Notes under the pieces: model-generated
What the model was told of the DNA's origin: nothing
The model's database searches: none
What the model saw: the letters and a program-made list of their open reading frames with translations, nothing else
Program-made: the position numbers and the translations under genes
From: Planktothrix sp. GU0601_MAG3
GTDB lineage: Bacteria; Cyanobacteriota; Cyanobacteriia; Cyanobacteriales; Microcoleaceae
Direction of reading: 5' to 3'
NCBI GenBank assembly: GCA_035193785.1
Contig: CP136572.1
Location: 360,371-392,370, forward strand
Length of the DNA stretch: 32,000 nucleotides
Shown here: in pieces, positions 10,301-19,366 of the stretch
Layout: each line of letters starts with the position of its first letter
Position numbering within the stretch: position 1 is the stretch's first letter

Positions 10301-10320
10301 TCCTATGATGTGGAAGATTT
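10100..10320 (+). ncRNA. Candidate TnpB omega RNA (reRNA): scaffold over the tnpB 3' end and right end, guide starting at 10301
   Basis: The call rests on position, by analogy with characterised TnpB elements. A hairpin CCGGAAACAGA-gtaaa-TCTGTTTCGG spans the tnpB stop, and the right-end palindrome lies at 10260..10292. The 5' boundary is a guess. Confidence 0.35.
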
Positions 10321-10363
10321 TGAACTGGACTTGAAAAACTTGCGGGAGTTGGGGCGATTGTGA
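10301..10363 (+). pseudogene. UPF0175-family antitoxin-like gene, 3' part
   Basis: Immediately after the IS right end the sequence translates as SYDVEDFELDLKNLRELGRL*. That is the expected family C-terminus and is in frame with ...RHIPL once the IS is removed. Confidence 0.65.
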
Positions 10364-10399
10364 TTATATAACCATTTAATAATATGAAAAATTTGCGCG

Positions 10400-13300
10400 G
10401 TTTCCGTCCCCTTGCGGGGAAAAGGTAGAAAACTACTCTAAAAGGAAACTCATATGACTGCTTATACTATTGGTTTCCGTCCCCTTGCGGGGAAAAGATA
10501 GAAAACTACATAATTCCATATAAATGTTTTATTAGATGTCTCAAGTTTCCGTCCCCTTGCGGGGAAAAGATAGAAAACTACTTGAATTGATCCCGGGTAA
10601 ATACCTTCCTTCCTCTGAAGGGTTTCCGTCCCCTTGCGGGGAAAAGATAGAAAACTACGAGTTAATTAACTCTGCAGCAAAAGGTGCTCTAAAGAAGTTT
10701 CCGTCCCCTTGCGGGGAAAAGATAGAAAACTACTGGGGAGAAGAAAGATTGGAGCAACAATCAGTAAGCTGTTTCCGTCCCCTTGCGGGGAAAAGATAGA
10801 AAACTACAAGAAATGGTCAGGGAAAACCATTGACTGTTCTAGCTTTGAGTTTCCGTCCCCTTGCGGGGAAAAGATAGAAAACTACATAATCAGCCTTAAC
10901 TTTACGTCCATCAAAGGCGAGGACGTGTTTCCGTCCCCTTGCGGGGAAAAGATAGAAAACTACGGGATTCTTGTACTTCTCTAGTGAAAGCCCTATGGCT
11001 AGTTTCCGTCCCCTTGCGGGGAAAAGATAGAAAACTACAAAAGAAGTTTGCGACCCACTGGGAAAATATGTTCCCTGGTTTCCGTCCCCTTGCGGGGAAA
11101 AGATAGAAAACTACAAGAAAGTGAATTGAAACAAGTGGGCAGAAGCCCTTAAAGGACGGTTTCCGTCCCCTTGCGGGGAAAAGATAGAAAACTACGAAAG
11201 ATTATTATTCATTTGGTTGGCCCTGCTCTAAGTTTCCGTCCCCTTGCGGGGAAAAGATAGAAAACTACCTTAAAACTTAATCATATTGGATGAAAACATG
11301 GGATATGGGTTTCCGTCCCCTTGCGGGGAAAAGATAGAAAACTACAGGGTTATATCAAATGAAAATAGAATTAGCTAGATGTTTTACTGTTGTTTCCGTC
11401 CCCTTGCGGGGAAAAGATAGAAAACTACTATAAAACCACATTCTTCATTGAATTTGCTTATTTGTTTCCGTCCCCTTGCGGGGAAAAGATAGAAAACTAC
11501 TAAGAGGCAGGTTCAATTGCACCATAGGGTCGTCGCGTTTCCGTCCCCTTGCGGGGAAAAGATAGAAAACTACATAACGGTATGTGGCGTATAGAAGGTT
11601 CAAATGGGTTTCCGTCCCCTTGCGGGGAAAAGATAGAAAACTACGAGGTTAGGGTAACGCGCTCTGGTAAGTCAGGAGCAAGTTTCCGTCCCCTTGCGGG
11701 GAAAAGATAGAAAACTACGAAGACTGCTTTAACCCCGAAGACATTCTGTTGATTCCACCTGTTTCCGTCCCCTTGCGGGGAAAAGATAGAAAACTACTTC
11801 GCCCTTAAGCCCTCTTAAAAGGAACAAAGTACACAAGTTTCCGTCCCCTTGCGGGGAAAAGATAGAAAACTACAATAACACCAGTAGTAGTGTCCACCCT
11901 CACCCGTTTCCGTCCCCTTGCGGGGAAAAGATAGAAAACTACTCTCCCATTCTGCGTTTCTACTAATGGAAACAACTTAGGTTTCCGTCCCCTTGCGGGG
12001 AAAAGATAGAAAACTACACTTAGTGAATATCTTGAGTGGTCGTAGCAAACATGAGTTTCCGTCCCCTTGCGGGGAAAAGATAGAAAACTACGTGGTGGTG
12101 AATTCTTAGTCCAAGACCTTGCCAATCTTGATGGTTTCCGTCCCCTTGCGGGGAAAAGATAGAAAACTACAACACCATAACCAGTACCAACATTAATCTG
12201 GTAATGACCAGTTTCCGTCCCCTTGCGGGGAAAAGATAGAAAACTACGAGATTATGTGGCTAAGTTATTCAAAGGGGAAGATGCCTGTTTCCGTCCCCTT
12301 GCGGGGAAAAGATAGAAAACTACAAAGGTTGTTGTCTTTGTGTTCAAAGCTGGGATGTGAAGTTTCCGTCCCCTTGCGGGGAAAAGATAGAAAACTACGG
12401 TAAACCTAAGATGGAAGTTTCTCAGCCGTCTGAGTGGTTTCCGTCCCCTTGCGGGGAAAAGATAGAAAACTACCCTTCCAACGAGAATGGGCTATTGGTG
12501 AAGAAACTATGTTTCCGTCCCCTTGCGGGGAAAAGATAGAAAACTACAATTGTGCAACCATAACGATCCTATCAATGTAAATTACATTGTTTCCGTCCCC
12601 TTGCGGGGAAAAGATAGAAAACTACTTATCTGCCGAACTCAATGGTGGGCCTTCCCAGAGTTCCCTGGTTTCCGTCCCCTTGCGGGGAAAAGATAGAAAA
12701 CTACCTACTTAATGGTACGCTACCCTAGGCGTGAGGCTGAATGATAAGGGTAGTTTCCGTCCCCTTGCGGGGAAAAGATAGAAAACTACGGCTCGTGTTG
12801 GTATTACTTCTCACGATAGTGGGGAAACCGTTTCCGTCCCCTTGCGGGGAAAAGATAGAAAACTACGTGCCTTTGTACAGGGTCATTGGGTCGTGTCATT
12901 CCCTGTTTCCGTCCCCTTGCGGGGAAAAGATAGAAAACTACCACCACCACCAACTTTGACAAAGACTATTACCGGGCCTTGTTTCCGTCCCCTTGCGGGG
13001 AAAAGATAGAAAACTACTCGGCGTGGTGGTGGCAACTACCGTACACTGATTGAATTCGGTACCCCCGAGTTTCCGTCCCCTTGCGGGGAAAAGATAGAAA
13101 ACTACAGGGAATATTTTAGAGCCATCCTGCGGTAATGGAGTTGTTTCCGTCCCCTTGCGGGGAAAAGATAGAAAACTACCTGCTATCGTTGTTGCTTCAT
13201 TTGTCACTCTTTCAACTCCCGCGTTTCCGTCCCCTTGCGGGGAAAAGATAGAAAACTACTGTTTGAGGTAATTGAAGGGGATGAGGAGGACTACCGTTTC

Positions 13301-13635
13301 CGTCCCCTTGCGGGGAAAAGATAGAAAACTACCGAACCGACTGTCCCACCCCAATACTTCTTTTGGGAGTTTCCGTCCCCTTGCGGGGAAAAGATAGAAA
13401 ACTACTTGCCAGCGAAAGCATACGGTTCGTCTAATTGTTCAATGAAATGGTTTCCGTCCCCTTGCGGGGAAAAGATAGAAAACTACGTTCGGACTTGAAT
13501 CCGACGCTATTTTTAAGGCTTCAAAGTTTCCGTCCCCTTGCGGGGAAAAGATAGAAAACTACTTGGTTTCGGGCTTACAACCCCTTTAACTCAAGTTCGT
13601 TTCCGTCCCCTTGCGGGGAAAAGATAGAAAACTAC
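10400..13635 (-). CRISPR. CRISPR array of 43 repeats (37 nt) and 42 spacers (32-51 nt), transcribed on the minus strand
   Basis: The repeat as written is GTTTCCGTCCCCTTGCGGGGAAAAGATAGAAAACTAC. Its reverse complement, GTAGTTTTCTATCTTTTCCCCGCAAGGGGACGGAAAC, has a TCCCC/GGGGA stem with a GCAA loop and ends in ACGGAAAC, the usual 8-nt tag position. I listed repeat starts from 10400 to 13599. Only the repeat farthest from cas2 (10400..10436) is mutated, with G instead of A at 10425. All spacers look unique. Confidence 0.97.
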
Positions 13636-13996
13636 CCTACCCTTCTGGAAACCTTACGCTATTTAGTTTTCAAAGTGCGTTTGCGCGAGAGTACGGATAA
13701 ATGGCTGGTATAAAAACGAAAATAGGTTGTTTTTAACCGCCAAAACCCTTAAATTTCTCGATATTCAGAACTATAACCGAATTTCCCTAACGAGTCAACC
13801 CCCAAATCCATAAAAATCTCAAAAAATCTTCATCCCTGATGTCCTGACGCTTTCTAGCTTCCCGCGACAACAGATGAGAAAAACCAACAAAACATTACAA
13901 TCCGATAGAACCCAATAAAATAGAAGGCTTAACCCCAATTTGTTAATCAAATCCGAGTTAAAACGTTCTAAAAATCTGAGAAAAAGTAATATTCCG
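13636..13996 (-). promoter_or_regulatory. CRISPR leader (AT-rich) between cas2 and the first repeat
   Basis: A 361-nt non-coding stretch lies between the cas2 stop and the newest-end repeat. Orientation is inferred from repeat polarity and the degenerate distal repeat. The promoter was not mapped. Confidence 0.5.
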
Positions 13997-14281
13997 TTAC
14001 AAAATCAGATAATCCGGCGGTTCATAGGGCGGATCACTCCCAAACACCCGCGTCTGTTGCTTGGCCACATTATCCAAAGGATAGACCCGCAAACTATCCT
14101 CATCCAACTGCAACACTTTGAGCCAACGCTGTTCTAGTAAATGTTCCAAAACCGCAGGTTTCAAGGGACATTCAAAAACCGAATATTGCACCCGTTGACA
14201 ACGCTGTTCCAGTAACTTTGCCAATTTATTCCGGCGCTTATCATCCCGAACGTCATAGCAAACCAACCATAATTCAGTCAT
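13997..14281 (-). CDS. cas2: CRISPR-associated endoribonuclease Cas2
   Basis: A 94-aa ORF. MTELWLVCYDVRDDKRRNKLAKLLEQRCQRVQYSVFEC is the typical Cas2 N-terminal beta-alpha-beta pattern. Confidence 0.9.
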   Translation of the reverse strand: MTELWLVCYDVRDDKRRNKLAKLLEQRCQRVQYSVFECPLKPAVLEHLLEQRWLKVLQLDEDSLRVYPLDNVAKQQTRVFGSDPPYEPPDYLIL

Positions 14282-14345
14282 CAGTGTAGAGACGTGCCAT
14301 GGCGCGTCTATATTAGTTATCAGTTGAAAATCTACTACTTTCTTT

Positions 14346-14506
14346 CTAGGTTAGATCCCCCCTAGCCCCCCTTAAAAAAGGGGGAACCGGACGTATTATT
14401 CACAAGTATTTATTACCTAAACCATCATAATTAACCCACCTTCGTGATCTTCAAATATCTTCAAAGTCCCCCTTTTTAATGGGGATTTAGGGGGATCTAG
14501 TCTAGG
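14346..14506. mobile_element. MITE-like element with ~40-bp imperfect terminal inverted repeats, in the cas1-cas2 gap
   Basis: The left arm is CTAGGTTAGATCCCCCCTAGCCCCCCTTAAAAAAGGGGGAAC. The reverse complement of the right arm is CCTAGACTAGATCCCCCTAAATCCCCATTAAAAAGGGGGAC. The roughly 80-nt core is non-coding. Confidence 0.55.
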
Positions 14507-14527
14507 ATAAAAACACTAATCTTCCCC

Positions 14528-14559
14528 ATTCGTAATTCGTAATTCGTAATTCGTAATTC
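14528..14559. repeat. STRR-type tandem heptamer, ATTCGTA x4 plus a partial unit
   Basis: Read directly from the sequence. It abuts the cas1 stop codon. Confidence 0.9.
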
Positions 14560-14560
14560 C

Positions 14561-15577
14561 TTATTTCAACACAAACCCCTGATAATCTAGCCTACACTCC
14601 ACCAAACATCGGGCCAGCGATCGCGCCTGTTCCAATAAAATTTGACTCAAACTCAACCGACGATTTTGGGCTGGATAGAGAAAAGGTTCCCGCAGACGAC
14701 GTTCTAACTGTCCTAACAATAACTTTTTCGCCGTTACCCCCAACCAGATCCCCTCCCCATCGGGAGACGGTTGAAAATCCGACCGTTGAAGTAAATCCGA
14801 TTTAATCATAGAAATCACCGCCTGATCCACCACCACCGGGCGAAATTCCTCCATTAAATCTAAGACCAAATTGGGGCGATAGGGTTCGGTGGCGTGGAAA
14901 AACCCCAAATAGGGATCAAGTCCCGCCTGAACACAAGCCACAAATACCCGCGCCAATAATACCCCATAACCCCAACTCAATAACGCATTAATTGGATCAA
15001 GGGGCGGGCGACGGTTGCGTCCGGTGAAATTCCACTGGGACGGGAAATAATGTCGCAAGGCTTGATAATAGGTGCGGGCACAAATTCCCTCAATTCCCAT
15101 CAATTCAGAACGGTTGAGGGGAGTGGAAATATTTTTCAATTGGAGCATATAGGCGGCGATCGCATCAATAGCTTCGGCTAACTCGCTAATTTGGGCTTTT
15201 GTAGACTGATGGTGCTGTTGAAGTAGTACCCGTTGGTTACGAATTTTTGCCATAACTAATAGTTGGGCCAGCGCCATCCCAAAAGTCGTATCAACAATTC
15301 GATATTGAGCGAGTCTGAAAATCGGGTTAGTTTGAAATTGTCCCTGAAGACGTCCGCGAAACTGTCCATCCCGTCGGAGAAATAGGGTTTCTATTCCTCG
15401 ATCTAGGAGTTGGGCGATCGCTTCATCCGTTAACTGGACTCCAGGTAAAATCACCACTAAGGTTAATTCCACTAACCGACAGCTATGGGTTTTATCCTGA
15501 TATTTGACCAAAAAACTCTGATTTTGATAGCGAACAACGGTTCCAGGTTCAGTTAAATATAGAGTTGTCATAGCCAC
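14561..15577 (-). CDS. cas1: CRISPR-associated endonuclease Cas1
   Basis: A 338-aa intact ORF. Cas1 patterns are present: MGIEGICARTYYQAL, RRPPLDPINALLSWGY and GLDPYLGFFH. Confidence 0.92.
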   Translation of the reverse strand: MAMTTLYLTEPGTVVRYQNQSFLVKYQDKTHSCRLVELTLVVILPGVQLTDEAIAQLLDRGIETLFLRRDGQFRGRLQGQFQTNPIFRLAQYRIVDTTFGMALAQLLVMAKIRNQRVLLQQHHQSTKAQISELAEAIDAIAAYMLQLKNISTPLNRSELMGIEGICARTYYQALRHYFPSQWNFTGRNRRPPLDPINALLSWGYGVLLARVFVACVQAGLDPYLGFFHATEPYRPNLVLDLMEEFRPVVVDQAVISMIKSDLLQRSDFQPSPDGEGIWLGVTAKKLLLGQLERRLREPFLYPAQNRRLSLSQILLEQARSLARCLVECRLDYQGFVLK

Positions 15578-15589
15578 AAATTACAAAAC

Positions 15590-15607
15590 CAGCAAACCCG
15601 GTTTCTC
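15590..15607. promoter_or_regulatory. Box 1 of a duplicated 18-nt motif, CAGCAAACCCGGTTTCTC (core AAACC-N-GGTTT)
   Basis: It lies in the divergent cas1 / effector-operon intergenic region and is repeated 92 nt downstream. Confidence 0.3.
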
Positions 15608-15681
15608 GGGTGGTCTTTCCATTATCTCGGTGATGTAGAAGACCCCATTTCCACACCCGGCCATAATTAAAGATCAGAAAT

Positions 15682-15699
15682 CAGCAAACCTGGTTTCTC
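15682..15699. promoter_or_regulatory. Box 2 of the duplicated motif, CAGCAAACCTGGTTTCTC
   Basis: It is identical to box 1 except for the central base. It lies about 20 nt upstream of the ATG at 15721. Confidence 0.3.
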
Positions 15700-15720
15700 A
15701 ATTTTATGGAGAATTGCGAT

Positions 15721-16033
15721 ATGCCAATTTCCTTAACTCGAAACCCTAGTTCGTTACCGTATTCTGGGTGTAGCGATCGCCAATGGGGTCGTTACCTGGA
15801 TCATCTTAATTATTGCGCCCCTGGGACTCTTTGCCGTTATTACCTGTACCCTAGCTGTCTTTATTAGTAGCGTGATCGTGACTTGGTTAGGCGATCGGGC
15901 CCTCGATCATCTCTTACAACTAGAAGGGGAACAACTGCGACAAACAGACCTAACCCCAAACCCCGGTGCGTCAACATTTCAAAGCGATCGCAACTTATCC
16001 AACCCACAACGCCGAGAAATCAGCGATCGCTAA
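15721..16033 (+). CDS. Small predicted membrane protein (~103 aa, two TM helices plus a polar tail); one apparent frameshift
   Basis: This gene is not in the ORF track as a single ORF. Removing one A at GAAAC 15740..15744 gives MPISLTR|TLVRYRILGVAIANGVVTWIILIIAPLGLFAVITCTLAVFISSVIVTWLGDRALDHLLQLEGEQLRQTDLTPNPGASTFQSDRNLSNPQRREISDR*. It has the same orientation as csx3 and lies 64 nt upstream of it. Confidence 0.45.
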
Positions 16034-16097
16034 TTTGCCAAAAATGCGTAAAACCTGAAAATCGAACCAATATGAATATAGATCCCGATTAACCGCC

Positions 16098-17015
16098 ATG
16101 TCCATTTGTTTACATCTAAGTCCATCCCAAACCCATGAAACCCTGTCCTATCAGATATTAACCCTGGAACTGACCGGACAAGACCGCATTATCGAACCCC
16201 AGGTGCTCGAAACCCTGGAACTCCCCACCGGAATTAACTCCCAAGGGGGAATAGTGATATCAGGACGCGGCCCCATTTGGTTGTATGGCTACCTGATCCA
16301 TGAACTACATCCGACCGCTTGGATCGCCTGTTATGACCCCCGCTTAGGGGCGGTTGTTGTTTCTAGTCATAGCCGAAAAGTGAGGGCAGGTCAAGTTTTG
16401 CCCCTAGCTATTTCTCTTTTTAATCAGTCCCCCGCTCCCGATCCCCTGTGTCCAGCCCTAATGATTGTCGGGCCGCCGGATAGCGGGAAAAGCGTCTTGT
16501 CCCATGGCTTATTTAAAGCCCTTCTGCCCGAATATCCTAATATTTATTTACAAAGAGCAAATTGGGATGGAGAGGGCAATTATAGTTTAGAATTGGGAGA
16601 GGATAAAACGCCGGAGGTTATCGAAACGTTTAAAGCCCAAAATCGAGGCGGGTTAACGGAGCGTTTCTATCCCTATCATGCCCAGGGTATCCTACAACTA
16701 CGACGTCACAAATCGTTAATTATTGTGGATGTTGGCGGCATGGTGCAACCGGACAAGTATCCTATATTAGAAGCCTGTAGCCATTATTTGATTATTAGTT
16801 CTAAGCCGGAAGCGGTCAACTCCTGGCATGAATTCTGTGGTCAAAGAGGGAATTTAACTCCGGTGGCGGTTATTTCTAGTGTGTTAACCAATACGGAGGA
16901 GGTGCATCAAATTCAACCCTATATTGAGATTACCAGTGGCGCTTGGGTGATGGGTCAAGCTCCTGCTATTCCAGAAGTTTTGTTAAAGAAAGTTAAGGCC
17001 TTAATTCACAACTAA
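16098..17015 (+). CDS. csx3: Csx3 (cA4 ring-nuclease fold) fused to a P-loop NTPase domain
   Basis: The N-terminal ~100 aa carry Csx3 hallmark blocks GGIVISGRGPIWLYGYLIHELH and CYDPRLGAVVVSSHS. The C-terminal half has Walker A (MIVGPPDSGKS) and a Walker B-like block (SLIIVDVGG). Confidence 0.85.
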   Translation: MSICLHLSPSQTHETLSYQILTLELTGQDRIIEPQVLETLELPTGINSQGGIVISGRGPIWLYGYLIHELHPTAWIACYDPRLGAVVVSSHSRKVRAGQVLPLAISLFNQSPAPDPLCPALMIVGPPDSGKSVLSHGLFKALLPEYPNIYLQRANWDGEGNYSLELGEDKTPEVIETFKAQNRGGLTERFYPYHAQGILQLRRHKSLIIVDVGGMVQPDKYPILEACSHYLIISSKPEAVNSWHEFCGQRGNLTPVAVISSVLTNTEEVHQIQPYIEITSGAWVMGQAPAIPEVLLKKVKALIHN

Positions 17016-17030
17016 CCAGAAGGATATCAG

Positions 17031-19344
17031 ATGAATAATTCAGAGGATCATGTATCATTTAAGGCTGCACTGGGAGTTATGCAGCAAGCTGTTCTCGAAT
17101 TACTAAAATGGTCTAATTTTAGTTTAAATAGTGAGTTTAAAACAGATTTAAAAAATAAGGCAATTAATAAGGCTAAAGAACTATTTTCGTGGACAGAAAC
17201 CAGCGAAATCAAAATTAAACCCCTACGCCTATTATTTGATGCGGTTAAACTAGAGCATAAACAGGATAATATCTATTACGCCCAACCCCAAGTTATTAAA
17301 AATCAAAATCCAATTATTCCTTATCCAGTCAATCAAGAAACCTACAGAAGATGAGTTACAGACTCTCAAAAATCAAATTAATACAGAAATACAAAACCTC
17401 AATTTAACTCAATCTGACTGGGATAATTTATCATTATTAACCCTAATTGTTGAGAAATACGGATCATTTATCAGTTTTGTTTATCCCGATGTCGCCTTAA
17501 TTGATCTGGCGCGTTCAACGGCGGCGGTCGCTGCGGCGTTAGCAGAAAATTCTGAAGCTCAAAACCTCTATTTAATCGCGGGTGATTTATCAGGAATTCA
17601 AAATTTTATCTATACAATTTCTTCCGATGGGGCGTTAAAATCTTTACGCGCTAGAAGTTTTTATTTAGAATTAGTCACAGAAGAAATTGTTCAACAACTG
17701 TTAATCGAATTAAAGTTACCTAAAACTAGCGTAATTTATGCGGGAGGCGGAAATCTCTATATTCTGTCATCAGGAGATAAAGAAAAAGCTGAAAATGCGG
17801 TTCAGAAAATAGGCGATCGCTTGAATAAATGGCTAATAAAAAGTTTTCAAGGTAAAGTATTTTTAGCGTTAGATTGTGTTGAGTTACCAACAGTAAATGT
17901 AAGTCAAAAATCTCTCTCAGAAGCGTGGGAAAAAGTTCCTCAAAAGTTAGGAAAACTCAAACATCAGAAATTTAAAGCACAACTTAGTGACTTTCTAGCG
18001 AGAAAACCCAGTTATGAACCCTGTGGAGTTTGTCATAGAGATGATAAGGAAAATTTAGAACCCCTTTCGGAGCCAGATTCGGTTTTAGCTTGTCCAACTT
18101 GTCGAGATATGTTTGCTTTGGGAGGAGAATTACTCAAAGTTAATCTGATTATTCGCTCCTCAGAAAAAGAATTAACAGGATCAGACCATCAGATTGACTT
18201 TGATTGGGATGAAACCCCCATTTACTATCATGTTTTTCGCCAGTGGAAACAGATTACAACTAAAGAATCTGATACAGCATTATTAGTTAATGACTGGGAT
18301 TTAGAACACTATCGTTTTCGATGGTTTAAAAATCCATCTCCTCTGTTTTTAGGACAATATGCTCAAGAAAGTCACGAAGAACAAAATCAAACAATTCGTG
18401 CTAATGAATTAGCGGATATTGCTGAAGGAATTAAACGAGTCGGTTATCTGCGAATGGATGTTGATAAACTCGGTCAAATTTTCGCCAAAGGGTTAGGAGA
18501 TGATCAAAATTTACCCAGACTTGCGGGACTATCTCGACAAATGACCTATTTTTTTAAAGTATATCTAAATAGTTTAGCGGAAAATAGAAAGGATAATTTC
18601 TTTCAACCTTTGGGAAATTCGGTCAAGTCTTTAAGTCAAGGCGATCGCAAAAATTTAGTATTCATTTATGCGGGGGGAGATGATCTATTTATTAGTGGTG
18701 CTTGGAATGAAGTTGTGGAATTTAGCTTTGATGTTTATCAATCCTTTCGCCACTATACAGGTCAACATCCAGATATTACTATTTCCGGTGGAATTAGTTT
18801 AGCGGGGGCAAAATTTCCCCTCTATCAAGCTGCTTCAGAATCAGGAAGTGCGGAAGAAAAAGCCAAAGGAAATGGACGGGATAGTTTGGGGTTATTTAAT
18901 ACAGCATTAAAGTGGGAAGAATGGTTGGGTAAAGAAAATATAAAAGTTTCACAATTACAAACTATTGATGCTAAAATAAAAGAATATTTGGGAACGGATT
19001 CTCTCCCGGATCTGTTTGGAGTTCTCCCCTTTGTGCAGAAACTTCAAACCCTAGAAGTGAATACCTCCAGAAATTTTGTTCGGAATTTATTAACAACGGC
19101 TCAACTCCAAGAGCAGAAAATCAAAGATTTTAAAGATAAACATCAAGAAAAAGGAGATGAACGTTCCCTGCATGATATTCAATACTATTTGCACTTACCA
19201 AAAGTTGCCTATACCTTAGCAAGATTACCGGACAAGGTTCGCAACAATGAAGGATTTAGACCCGTTATGACTTCCCTGAAAAATCCTTATAATGCTCCTT
19301 ATTTTCGAGCGATTGCTACTTGGATTGAATACTTAAATCGTTGA
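17031..19344 (+). CDS. cas10: Cas10 (Csm1-like large subunit) lacking an HD domain, with GGDD cyclase motif intact; one apparent frameshift
   Basis: ORF 17031..17354, an untracked frame over 17342..17820 and ORF 17821..19344 join after removing one A at GAAAC 17337..17341 (…PVNQE|PTEDELQTLKNQ…). Motifs present are DVALIDLARSTAAVAAAL, GDLSGIQNFIY, the Zn finger CGVCH...CPTC, and FIYAGGDDLFISGAW. There is no H...HD motif anywhere in the first ~250 aa. Confidence 0.9.
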
Positions 19345-19366
19345 TCAAATTCTCAGGATTTATGAT

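Noticed and set aside
10536-13207. Seven tracked ORFs on both strands inside 10.5-13.2 kb, with recurring peptides FPSPCGEKIENY or VVFYLFPARGRK
   Set aside because: They are translations of the CRISPR repeat through short spacers. The periodic identical peptide is the repeat itself, not a protein.
13487-13525. Spacer containing TCGGA-CTTGAA-TCCGA, reminiscent of a tRNA anticodon or T arm, hinting at a tRNA-gene protospacer
   Set aside because: The loop is 6 nt rather than 7, and nothing else supports a tRNA. It cannot be evaluated without a database search.
14561-15577. Possibility of an RT-Cas1 or Cas6-RT-Cas1 fusion, as seen in some cyanobacterial type III loci
   Set aside because: Cas1 is a stand-alone 338-aa protein with an ordinary N-terminus. 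No reverse-transcriptase motif (YxDD) was seen in any frame nearby.
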